Made by a program: the position numbers and the translations under genes
Notes under the pieces: generated by a model
The model's database searches: none
Told to the model about the DNA's origin: nothing
Seen by the model: the letters and a program-made list of their open reading frames with translations, nothing else
DNA from: Spirochaetia bacterium
GTDB taxonomy: Bacteria > Spirochaetota > Spirochaetia > UBA9216
Length of the DNA stretch: 64,000 bases
Direction: 5' to 3'
Assembly (NCBI GenBank): GCA_963677925.2
Contig: CAXXYH010000003.1
Span: 96,001 to 160,000, forward strand
Part shown: positions 1 to 9,381 of the stretch, piece after piece
Position numbering within the stretch: the stretch's first letter is position 1
Layout: each line of letters begins with the position of its first letter

Positions 1-1
1 T

Positions 2-241
2 ATTATTATGATACTTTTCATGTTCACAAAGTGAAATAGAATCAATCGTACAGTGTTCTTCAATTAAGATTTGTCTATCCTTATCATAATTTAAACATTG
101 CATAAAACATGTATATACTTTTTTATAACTTTTCGACAACGTCATATTATTTTTCTTCAAATATTCGTAAAGTATTGAATACTCACTATTAAAATCTTTT
201 TTTATTTTTGAATATTCTTTATTAAGATATGATTTTTCCAT
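2..241 (-). CDS. Cassette hypothetical protein, 3' end truncated by window edge (MEKSYLNKEYSKIKK...)
   Basis: ATG at 241 with upstream GAGGG; frame open to window start; not in ORF track. Confidence 0.6.
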   Translation of the reverse strand, partial: MEKSYLNKEYSKIKKDFNSEYSILYEYLKKNNMTLSKSYKKVYTCFMQCLNYDKDRQILIEEHCTIDSISLCEHEKYHNN

Positions 242-327
242 CTATCTATTATACACCCTCTTTTATAATAATTATTACTTTTTCATCCTTATATAGTCTT
301 TAATGCATATAGCATCTCTCTTATTGT

Positions 328-465
328 ACATAACGACGATTTGAGTAGCGAAACCGGCCGAGTCTTCGAGGCTTGGCGCAGTTCTGGAACGCAGCGCGAT
401 CAGCGCGGAGTGTCTCCGCCAGAACTGTGACAAAGGTTTTGACTACTCCAAATCTCTTGTTATGA
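328..465 (-). repeat. attC type A #1
   Basis: TAAC...GTTA ends, imperfect inverted repeat gatttgagtag/ctactccaaatc, branched centre. Confidence 0.92.
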
Positions 466-471
466 AGTATT

Positions 472-1635
472 TTATAAATAATAATCAGTCAGATTCTCCA
501 ATTCTTTATTAAATTCTTCTATTGTGTTCTCTTCTATATTAAGCACGACAGTTATATCTAATTTAATATCCTCTTCACCCTTTTCTATTTTATCATATAA
601 CCTATTTACATCTTCATGAAATTTCTGTGGAAATCTCCATAAAGTATTTATTGAATCATCAAACATTCCACCAAGAATCTTTATTATCTTTACCATTTCA
701 TCATTTACGCTAACACTTTTGATTTCTAAAGAGCATTTTATCATTTCTTCTAATAATCTTGTCATTGCAACAGCAACAAGGAATAAGCCATTTAAATCTG
801 CCGGTTCACCAGGGGCACCAATACTTTGATTTAATTTATTATTAAATAAATTAGTAAATGAAGTTGAAATATTTTCCATTGTTCTAAAATGGCTTCTACT
901 CCAATCAGCAAATATTTGTGGTTCACTTATATGTAGATTGCTTTTAGTAAGAATATTATAATCAAAATAATCTTTTAATAATTCTATTTTATTATACTCA
1001 TCAAATAACACTTGATTAAAAAACTCAAATTCAAATAATTCATTTTTCAAAATTAAGATTCGTCTAGCTTCTGGAGATATTTTATCAAATAATTTTCTAT
1101 CCTTAATATTCATTTCGATTTTTCTTTTATCTAGCATTTTTTTAAATAAAAATGAAAACTGTTCCTTTAAACATTCAATAATATCTCCAGCATATTCAAA
1201 TTCGAAACACCAATTTTCTCCAGAATCTCTTAATTTTTCAATAAATTTAAATATTTCAATGTCATCAACAATTCCTTCGAAATTACCACTTTTATTTCTT
1301 TTCCAAACCTCATATGTAGGTAAGATTTTCTTATTAATAAAAATATAGATCGGAACATTTTTTTCTTTTGCAGTTAAGTATTCTAAATTTGTTATAGATT
1401 TACCGCTTTCATTCTTAGAACCATACCTATTCCCTATTAATAAAATAAAAAGATCTGCATTTTCACGAACAGTTTCTATACAATTTGTATACGTATCGTT
1501 TTCTGGATTAATTGGAAAACTTTTATGCTCTGATAGAATAGGTATAAATCCGATATTGTTTAAATATGTAGATATTTCTTGCCTAATCTGTGATAGATCA
1601 TAGCAAGTTGAACTAACAAATACTTTTGGTTTCAT
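472..1635 (-). CDS. DUF4062 domain-containing cassette protein
   Basis: N-terminal KVFVSST-DL...R...FILLIGNRYGS...SITNLEY motif. Confidence 0.85.
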   Translation of the reverse strand: MKPKVFVSSTCYDLSQIRQEISTYLNNIGFIPILSEHKSFPINPENDTYTNCIETVRENADLFILLIGNRYGSKNESGKSITNLEYLTAKEKNVPIYIFINKKILPTYEVWKRNKSGNFEGIVDDIEIFKFIEKLRDSGENWCFEFEYAGDIIECLKEQFSFLFKKMLDKRKIEMNIKDRKLFDKISPEARRILILKNELFEFEFFNQVLFDEYNKIELLKDYFDYNILTKSNLHISEPQIFADWSRSHFRTMENISTSFTNLFNNKLNQSIGAPGEPADLNGLFLVAVAMTRLLEEMIKCSLEIKSVSVNDEMVKIIKILGGMFDDSINTLWRFPQKFHEDVNRLYDKIEKGEEDIKLDITVVLNIEENTIEEFNKELENLTDYYL

Positions 1636-1747
1636 TTTATCCTTCTTTATTGATACTTTTTACTATATTTTATCACCAAACTTAATAATCTTAAATTTAT
1701 TTCTATAGAGATTTTTTATAAGACACTATTGCGATAAATCCTATATC

Positions 1748-1886
1748 TTCATAACGACCAGTTCAGCAGCTTAGCGGCGTGTGTTTTCACACGCATTGGC
1801 GAGGTTCTGGAGTGTAGCGCATCAGCGCGTAACGTCTCAGCCAGAACCTTGACAATAGCTAAGACTGTTGCAACTGCTTGTTATAT
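1748..1886 (-). repeat. attC type A #2 (divergent)
   Basis: taacgaccagttcagcagc...gactgttgcaactgcttgtta with same branched core. Confidence 0.88.
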
Positions 1887-2221
1887 TTCGATATGCCCAA
1901 GTTAAAAAAATTAGGAAACCCATGAGCTTTCTCCAGTTCAAAAAGCTTCTTAATTCGTAGATTCCCAGGCAAATTCGGATACCTTAACCCTACTTGCCTG
2001 CTTTAAGAAAGCTCATTCGGTTCAGGCAAATTCACATATATTTTTGCTATCTTGGCCTGCACAGATTAATTCAATGAACCTTTAATTTACGCAGACCATC
2101 AGGTCTGATTTATTTTAAACCCAAATATGAAATTTACCTAACCAATTATTGGCCAGGAGTTAAGCTTTTATTGTAAAAAACAAGTTTAAAGAATAGACAA
2201 AGTTTACTGATATAGTCGTAA
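1887..2221. other. ORF-less cassette with internal inverted repeats (candidate ncRNA/structured DNA)
   Basis: Complementary core ends gttatattt/aaatataac; no ORF >=60 aa; atgagctttct/agaaagctcat and caggcaa/ttgcctg stems. Confidence 0.6.
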
Positions 2222-2417
2222 ATATAACGACCAAATTGAGTTGCGCCCTCGATCCTGGACACTGGAATAAGTTAAATGCTGCTGTTTAGTCGGAAAAGTA
2301 ACGGTTTTAGTAATGTGTGTCCAGGAATTGGCGTGGTTCCAGAGTGGAGCGATTAGCGGAACGTCTCCGCTGGAACCATGACAATAGACGGCGTCAACTC
2401 CAATTTATTTGTTATGT
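2222..2417 (-). repeat. attC type A #3, long-arm variant
   Basis: Same ends and core; 62-nt insert between cctgg and ccagg. Confidence 0.88.
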
Positions 2418-2438
2418 TCATTTTTTTAATTATAATTA

Positions 2439-3476
2439 TTATTTGTCAAAAGTAATATTTTTAATATTTCTCCAATCAGTTTCCATGATAATATCAATTT
2501 TTATTTCATTTTCAGTATCTATTAATTCTATATTTTCATTTTCGAAGCTTAACAATTTTATATGCATTTTGCTAATGGAAATACCAATATTTTTCTCTAT
2601 TTCACTTCTTTTTTCATTAATTATTTCAATTATTTTTTTTTGGATTTGTTCCCAAATAATGGCAGATTGAATATAATTCATTGTTGCCTTTGTACTACGT
2701 CCGGCAGTATTAATACCTCCGCCTGGAGAAAAATAGAGATCACCATCGATTGAGGTTGATGTCGAACCACCAGCTTTTCTAATAGAAATCCTTTCACTTT
2801 CAGTTATATTTTGTTCGGGATTATGTATGTTTTCAAATTTTGAGTTTTCCAAAATCTCTGGAAAATCATTTTTGATTATTTTTAGTAAATCCAAATCTGC
2901 CCATTTACCATGGTTATCAATACAAAGGAAGAATGCAATATCTTTGTAAAAAGTTAAATATAAAATTTCTGCTGTAGTCTCAACTAAATAAGGCTTATCT
3001 TTATGAGGTTCTATTCCGAGATGTAAATGATATATTCCCCAATCAAATAGCATTCCATCTTGCATAGTAGAAGCCTGTATTCCACGGCTGACATGTGGAT
3101 ATAAAGACTCTCCATTTTTTATCTTTTTTTCTAAGTTATCTAAACCTTTTCTTAAATATGTAGGACACTTAAAATCTCTAGAATATTTTACTTTTCTTGG
3201 GATAGATTCAGGAATTTTATATAATAGATTATGATAAGTTATTATTAATTCAGATTTAAATTTATTTTTTAAAGATTTTTCTTCAAGTAGTTTTTCAACA
3301 TTAGCAAAGTTTTTTTTCTCTTTTTTTAAAGTATTAATTCTATTTTTGTAGTCAACAATTTTTTGAGCTTTCCAATCATCATATTCAATAAAAGTAAAAC
3401 CAATAGTTTTTAATTCATTAATCTTCAATAAAATCTTATTTTTCCAATCGTTTATTAAATTTATCGTGATTTCCAT
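2439..3476 (-). CDS. Cassette hypothetical protein (DWGIYHLHLG motif)
   Basis: 345-aa ORF filling the cassette; GAGG RBS. Confidence 0.8.
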   Translation of the reverse strand: MEITINLINDWKNKILLKINELKTIGFTFIEYDDWKAQKIVDYKNRINTLKKEKKNFANVEKLLEEKSLKNKFKSELIITYHNLLYKIPESIPRKVKYSRDFKCPTYLRKGLDNLEKKIKNGESLYPHVSRGIQASTMQDGMLFDWGIYHLHLGIEPHKDKPYLVETTAEILYLTFYKDIAFFLCIDNHGKWADLDLLKIIKNDFPEILENSKFENIHNPEQNITESERISIRKAGGSTSTSIDGDLYFSPGGGINTAGRSTKATMNYIQSAIIWEQIQKKIIEIINEKRSEIEKNIGISISKMHIKLLSFENENIELIDTENEIKIDIIMETDWRNIKNITFDK

Positions 3477-3619
3477 TTTTTACCTCTTATTGAGATAATT
3501 TTTATAATTTTAAGTATAATACCAAATTTTAATAAAAAAAATATTGTATTTGGTATCGAATAAACATTATGGTAAATTAACTAAAATTTAAAAATTATAT
3601 TTTAGTTAATTGTAAATGA

Positions 3620-3816
3620 ACATAACGACCTTTTGAGCTGCGCCCTCGTTCCTGGCCAGAAGAGTTATATTGTTCTTGCGGTTTGTGAGTAAAATGGGTC
3701 AGATTTATTGAAGGTCTGGCAAGGAATTGGCGCGGTTTTTGAGTGAGCGATTAGCGAACGGCTGAAAGCAAAAACCGTGACAATAGACGGCGTCTGCTCC
3801 AAAAGACTTGTTATGT
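3620..3816 (-). repeat. attC type A #4, long-arm variant
   Basis: 64-nt arm insert; TAAC/GTTA ends. Confidence 0.88.
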
Positions 3817-3828
3817 CGATTTTGTCTA

Positions 3829-4431
3829 TTATTTTCTAAATATCTTTAAAACAGGTGTTAATAAACTTTTATTGATTGCCTCACTATCTTTCAAGCTATA
3901 TAGCTTTCTTTCTAAATATTCACCTTTTAATGTCATATAAGAATCTGAATAATTAATTGTTTTTGGTTCAGTAAAAATCTTCTTGTAGGAATATTCAATT
4001 TGGCCAATTATATTTTCATATTTTTTTATCCACTTAACGTTTTCTTTTCTTGCGATTTCATTAAAAATCCCTGCTAAAATTATTGGCTCTGAATCTAATG
4101 AATCAAAAAGTGAAAATCGAAAGAAGATAACTTTTAAATCAGGTGAAAAATTTGTTATTGTTTGGCCTTTTTCTAGTTTGGTGAAAATTTCAGGAATAAA
4201 TGTTACGGAAAAATTCTTTAATAACCAATATGGTACATTATTTGATTCTAAGCCAGTTGAACTTCTTGCCGAAATACTATAGCCAGACGGTCTGGCGATT
4301 AAAAAATTCTCTTCTTCATTACTTAGTATGCCTTCAATTTCTTTTATGAGATAAGAAATTTCAAAAAAAAGTTTTTCAATAAAATTAAAAGCGTTATTAG
4401 ATTGAATAATTAAATTTTTGCCATCATCCAT
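3829..4431 (-). CDS. Cassette hypothetical protein, coupled to upstream nuclease-like gene
   Basis: 200-aa ORF overlapping 4424-5257 by 8 nt. Confidence 0.8.
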   Translation of the reverse strand: MDDGKNLIIQSNNAFNFIEKLFFEISYLIKEIEGILSNEEENFLIARPSGYSISARSSTGLESNNVPYWLLKNFSVTFIPEIFTKLEKGQTITNFSPDLKVIFFRFSLFDSLDSEPIILAGIFNEIARKENVKWIKKYENIIGQIEYSYKKIFTEPKTINYSDSYMTLKGEYLERKLYSLKDSEAINKSLLTPVLKIFRK

Positions 4432-5257
4432 AAAATTCTCCTGAAAAAAATATATTGTTGGTAAAATTTCTTATTACTCCAATATCTTCCAATGAAGAAA
4501 AATGTTTCTTAATGGAGTTGAAGAAAATGGTTTTATCATTAGTTATTTTGTTTATGGTATTTGTATCATTTAAACTGTTTATAAAACCGATAAAATGTCC
4601 TCTAAATTTAGATTTTTTAAAATTAAAGAAAATTTCGTTGCGATCTTCTATCTGAGAATTGAATTGATTCAAATTTTTCAAATCAAATTTTATTAGTTTT
4701 TTCTTTTCAAGAAGTAAATATAAATCAAGAGCAAAATATAAATTTTGCTGCATTTTATCAATAAATAGTTTTTGATAAAGAAATGTAGAAATGGATTGCC
4801 AATTTGTCCAAATATGATATTTTTTCTGGGTTGAATTAATAATATTAAACTTTTCTTTTTTGTAAAAATAATCAGCTGTAACTGTTAAATAGATAAAGTT
4901 AAGATTTTGGTTTGATGCTTCTTGTAATCCCATTTCGATTTCTCTGTTAATTTGAGAATCAATTTTGTTTGTTGCATCTGAAAAATTTGAGAAATATTTT
5001 GCTTCAACTAAAATATAATAAATTCCTGCAATAATAACTAAATCAGGTTCAGTTCCATCAATGAATTTAGGCCAGAAAATGAATTGTGCATTATTTACAT
5101 CATTTACAGTAACTTCAAGATTAAGATTTAATAAATAATTAAATAAATAGATTGAACGATCTGAATACTTAAAAAAAGAGAAAACGTTTGAAGTTAATAT
5201 ATCCTCTAAATTGTCTAATTTTGAAGATATTTTTCCATTTAATTCCGCTTGGTACAT
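4424..5257 (-). CDS. PD-(D/E)XK nuclease-fold protein
   Basis: EDILTSNVF...TEPDLVI...ILVEAKY...QINRE pattern. Confidence 0.7.
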   Translation of the reverse strand: MYQAELNGKISSKLDNLEDILTSNVFSFFKYSDRSIYLFNYLLNLNLEVTVNDVNNAQFIFWPKFIDGTEPDLVIIAGIYYILVEAKYFSNFSDATNKIDSQINREIEMGLQEASNQNLNFIYLTVTADYFYKKEKFNIINSTQKKYHIWTNWQSISTFLYQKLFIDKMQQNLYFALDLYLLLEKKKLIKFDLKNLNQFNSQIEDRNEIFFNFKKSKFRGHFIGFINSLNDTNTINKITNDKTIFFNSIKKHFSSLEDIGVIRNFTNNIFFSGEFYG

Positions 5258-5312
5258 TTATTTTAATATTATAATTGAAAAAATTAAAATGTAAACAATT
5301 ATTTGTAAAGCG

Positions 5313-5514
5313 ACATAACGGCCCAATTGAGCTGCGCCCTCGATCCTGGACATCCGAATGAGCTAGTTCTTCCTGTTTTTGGTTTAAAAGGGTGGGTTGT
5401 AGAAATGGTGTGGCCAGGAATTGGCGCGGTTCCAGAGCGGAGGGCGATAAGCCCGCAGCGTCTCTGCTGGAACCGTGACAATAGACGGCGTCAGCTCCAA
5501 TTGATATGTTAACT
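5313..5514 (-). repeat. attC type A #5, long-arm variant
   Basis: 64-nt arm insert; TAAC/GTTA ends. Confidence 0.88.
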
Positions 5515-5928
5515 TCCAGTATCGAGGGTTAGATGTTTCCTCTTTTAATAATCACAACCGAAAAGCAAATATTTATTCAGTAAAGAAATGGGTTGTAAGT
5601 GCGATTCTTTATCTTTCCAGTAATGAAATATTTATCAATTTGGATTAAAAATGGTAGCCGAAGAGCAGTAAAAGAAAGCAAGCATGCCTTAAAAATGCCA
5701 TGAGGACTATTTATAGCCTAAAAGATAAGTACAAAACCGAAAAACATGAATGGGGTGCGCGGGATGAGCGAGGCCCAGCGTGGAGAACAGGCGAATATGC
5801 GTGGGATTTCTCTTGAGCGCGGAAGCCTGTTCAATAAGGGCTCGAACCGTGAATATAGTGAAAAATGCTCATGCTTGAGGCCCTTATCCAGAAAGGCAAA
5901 AATATTATAAAGCCCTCCCCGGAGGGGA
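5515..5928. other. ORF-less, relatively GC-rich structured cassette (candidate ncRNA)
   Basis: Ends gttaacttcc/ggaagttaac; stems gaacaggc/gcctgttc and ataagggc/gcccttat; no ORF >=60 aa. Confidence 0.6.
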
Positions 5929-6125
5929 AGTTAACGACCCAATTGAGCTGTTCCCTCGATCCTGGACAAAGATTTATTTATTTCTTATGGTTTTGGGGGT
6001 GAAAAAGTAGGTTTTAGTGATGGTTTGGCCAGGAATTGGCGCGGTTCCAGAGTGGAGCGAAGAGCGGAACGTCTATGCTGGAACCGTGACAATAGACGGA
6101 ATCTGCTCCAATTGACTTGTTATCT
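5929..6125 (-). repeat. attC type A #6, long-arm variant
   Basis: 63-nt arm insert; TAAC/GTTA ends. Confidence 0.88.
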
Positions 6126-6133
6126 TCATACTT

Positions 6134-6991
6134 TTAATATTTGTTAATTTCTCCGTATAACATTTCATATTGTAATTCTTGAAATGTTTTAGGAAGTTGT
6201 TTTTCAATTTTTTTAATATCCGGAATCAAATCAAAAATTGTGTTATATAATCCCATTTGTCCCAATATCCAAATACAATAGCATAGTTCTCCGATTGATT
6301 TAACACTATAAAAAATTTCCTTTATATTACTTAAAAAATTTTTATTATTTGCATGATAAGAAGCTGACATAAAAGATACCAAATCTAATTCTTTTATTTT
6401 TGGTAATATATCCTTATTATATTTTCCTAATTTATTAATAATATCATGCTTTAGCTTTATATTTATTTCAGTATTATTCCATAATTCTTTAAAATTATTA
6501 TAAATATAGTCATAATCATCTTTTGCAATAAATATATAAATTACCTCAATATCATGATACTTTTCCCAATTATCAATTAAATCTTTTTTAATATTATTTC
6601 TATTATATAATGAATAAGCTTGCTCATATCCTTTTTTCCTAATAGATGGCATATTAGATTTAATTGATAATTTATATATTTTTTCTCGTTGAAAAGTATT
6701 TAATTTTTCATCTAATACAGTAAATATTTTTCCAATAATTCTTTTTATTTTTCCATTTGCATTTTCATATTTTTCAATTAAGAAAGATATTAGTTCTTCA
6801 CAGTTCTGTTTTACATATCTTTTTTCTAATTGTTTTAAGAGTTTATCTCTTATTTCAACATTCAAATAATTTTCTTTTAAATACTTTATTATTTCTTCAT
6901 ATTTTAAGGTTGAGTATAAAGCATATTTAATTGTGTATTCAGATCTTAATGATTCTTCTGAAATTCTTTCAATTTTACTTATTTTACTCAT
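6134..6991 (-). CDS. Cassette hypothetical protein, probably all-helical
   Basis: 285-aa ORF filling the cassette. Confidence 0.78.
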   Translation of the reverse strand: MSKISKIERISEESLRSEYTIKYALYSTLKYEEIIKYLKENYLNVEIRDKLLKQLEKRYVKQNCEELISFLIEKYENANGKIKRIIGKIFTVLDEKLNTFQREKIYKLSIKSNMPSIRKKGYEQAYSLYNRNNIKKDLIDNWEKYHDIEVIYIFIAKDDYDYIYNNFKELWNNTEINIKLKHDIINKLGKYNKDILPKIKELDLVSFMSASYHANNKNFLSNIKEIFYSVKSIGELCYCIWILGQMGLYNTIFDLIPDIKKIEKQLPKTFQELQYEMLYGEINKY

Positions 6992-7111
6992 AATATATTA
7001 GCTTACTCTTATATTACAACGAATTTGAGAAATTGCAATCATTTCTCTATTTACCATTATATAAATATTATTAAAAAAATAAATTTAAATTTTGAATTTC
7101 CCAATTATTGA

Positions 7112-7250
7112 AGATAACGACGTTTTGAGTAGCAAAATCGTTCGGCGTCTTCGCCGAATTGGCGCGATTCTGGAGTGAGGGCCATTGCCCGAACGTCTTT
7201 AGCCAGAATCGTGACAATAGATTTTGACTACTCCAAAACTCTTGTTAAAT
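7112..7250 (-). repeat. attC type A #7
   Basis: Family consensus. Confidence 0.92.
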
Positions 7251-7296
7251 GCCGTTTCTTACCAGACCGCACGGTAGAGCCAAGGTCTGGTTAATT

Positions 7297-8016
7297 CTAA
7301 TATGACTTTCTGAAATGTTCTAATATTTCTTTTGCAATATTCAGATTTTTATCATATTCAGTATCAAGCAAATTACTGATCAATTCACATGATTTTACCA
7401 ATACCCCCATCATGCTATCAACATAAGGTAATATCTTTGATTCATCAATCTTCTTAAATATCTCAACCCCGAGAGTATCTTCATTAAAATGTCTACTAGA
7501 TAAACTTATCACATTATTATGAGTTTCTTGGCAGAGCAAATTATAAATAGATAAATATAAATCTTCAGATTCAGCTTTCTCAAATTTTTCTATTATTGTT
7601 AAGACTTTGGCACCATCATTTATTAAATCATCAAATTCGTCTTTTGATTCTTGGTATTTTTTACAAATATCCTCTATATTTTTTAATTCTTCAATAAATC
7701 TATTTTCTTTTTTATCACATGCAGATTTCAGAATTTTATTTCGTTCTTTTAAATAAGATACCGCCATATCTTTATAATAATTTTCATCCTGAATAATATT
7801 AATCAAGTCGATATGGGCTTCTAAGATATTTCTAAATAATACAGTAACTGCTGTATACATATTTTTCTTCAATAAAATCATACTTGACGTACAATTCTCA
7901 TAAATTGTGCACAGTAAGGTCATCATAAAAAATTGCTGTGGGATTGTATTATCAAAAACATAGTTTTTTATTGTAGATTCTAATAATGTAATTACATTTT
8001 CTAAATATTTAATCAT
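7297..8016 (-). CDS. DUF5677-like protein
   Basis: RNILEAHIDL...YLSIYNLLCQETH pattern. Confidence 0.65.
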   Translation of the reverse strand: MIKYLENVITLLESTIKNYVFDNTIPQQFFMMTLLCTIYENCTSSMILLKKNMYTAVTVLFRNILEAHIDLINIIQDENYYKDMAVSYLKERNKILKSACDKKENRFIEELKNIEDICKKYQESKDEFDDLINDGAKVLTIIEKFEKAESEDLYLSIYNLLCQETHNNVISLSSRHFNEDTLGVEIFKKIDESKILPYVDSMMGVLVKSCELISNLLDTEYDKNLNIAKEILEHFRKSY

Positions 8017-8034
8017 CTCTTAAATCTTCATTTT

Positions 8035-8496
8035 TTATTGTTTTTTAATTTCTTTTACTATACGAATAATGCCTTTTGCAACTTCAAAACTTGCTTCATC
8101 CATATTATCCCAAGTTGTTATCGGCTTCCCATCAGCTGGTAATGCTTGTAATTTACCAAATGGAGAATCTTGCCAAGCACATGGTCTTAAAATAATAGGT
8201 ATTACAACAGCTTCTTGAGCTTCATGTCTTTTTAAAGCTTCCTGCCCCTCAATTTCATAACAATATTTTGATTCTATAAAACTTGGACTCATAAATAGTA
8301 ATATTATAGCAGCCCGTTTTATTCGATTATCAATTTGGGTCTTCCATTCTGAGCCAGCAGGTATTTTCCTATCATGCCATTTCCGAATATAATTTTCTCG
8401 TTCATAAACAATCAATTGACGTCTCACTTCATCCATCAGAACTTCATCTTCATGTGCGTATGAAAAGAAAACTTCTATCATTATTATATTCTCCAA
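8035..8496 (-). CDS. Stand-alone TIR domain protein
   Basis: VFFSYAHED...WHDRKIPAG...SPSFIESKYCYEIE...VIPIILRPC. Confidence 0.9.
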   Translation of the reverse strand: MENIIMIEVFFSYAHEDEVLMDEVRRQLIVYERENYIRKWHDRKIPAGSEWKTQIDNRIKRAAIILLFMSPSFIESKYCYEIEGQEALKRHEAQEAVVIPIILRPCAWQDSPFGKLQALPADGKPITTWDNMDEASFEVAKGIIRIVKEIKKQ

Positions 8497-8607
8497 CAGT
8501 TCATATTTCTAATAGCCCGTCGGCCGGAGGTCCGGGCTATTTCTTCCCTCATTTTACACCCAGAAACGAGAAACTCCTAAGATTTTTAGTATTCCTCCGC
8601 TTCATGC

Positions 8608-8745
8608 ATTTAACGACGATTTGAGTAGCAAAATCGGCCGAGTCTTCGAGGCTTGGCGCAGTTCTGGAGTGAAGCGCGATCAGCGCTGAACGTCTCCGCC
8701 AGAACTGTGACAAAGATTTTGACTACTCCAAATCTCTTGTTAAAT
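8608..8745 (-). repeat. attC type A #8
   Basis: Family consensus. Confidence 0.92.
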
Positions 8746-8793
8746 ACCTTTCTTAACCAGACCGTACGGCGGAGCCAGGTCTGGTTTATCTTC

Positions 8794-9381
8794 TTATTTT
8801 AAGATATCTATTACTTTTATTTCTCCATTAAAAATTATTTCATTATTTCTCTTAATATTCGTACTTTCTCCTGACCAATATTTGACAGCATTATTATAAT
8901 ATTCATTGTACCCTACAATCTCGCTATCAAGAAAATCTTGATTACCTTTATGAAAATTTCCTTCACACTCAAATTCATAAATTTTATAATCAAAACCATC
9001 CTGCTTTATCCACTTCAACCAAAATTCTATATTTTCTTCTTCTGTTAGCCAAATACAATTCCTACGAGAAGGCGAATTATTATAATCTTGCTTTCTTACT
9101 TCTTCAAATATCAATTCTCGAATAAGCATTCCACTTTCATATAATGCATCAGAAAGATATTTTAAACCAATTGGATGTATTTCATTTTTCTCTACACAAG
9201 ATAATGCGTATCTTGCAGGTTTTATATATCGTTTATCATCGAAAGTAATATATGGAGAATATGTTTTATAAAATTCCCAAAAATTATTACTATCAAAAGT
9301 ATTATATATTTTTCCTAATTCAAAAAACGGTTTATTTTTACATTCAAATTTATGTATGTGAAATAATCTTTTAATATTCAT
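8794..9381 (-). CDS. DUF2441-like protein
   Basis: RELIFEEVR...PSRRNCIWL...YWSGE...EIIFNG. Confidence 0.7.
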   Translation of the reverse strand: MNIKRLFHIHKFECKNKPFFELGKIYNTFDSNNFWEFYKTYSPYITFDDKRYIKPARYALSCVEKNEIHPIGLKYLSDALYESGMLIRELIFEEVRKQDYNNSPSRRNCIWLTEEENIEFWLKWIKQDGFDYKIYEFECEGNFHKGNQDFLDSEIVGYNEYYNNAVKYWSGESTNIKRNNEIIFNGEIKVIDILK

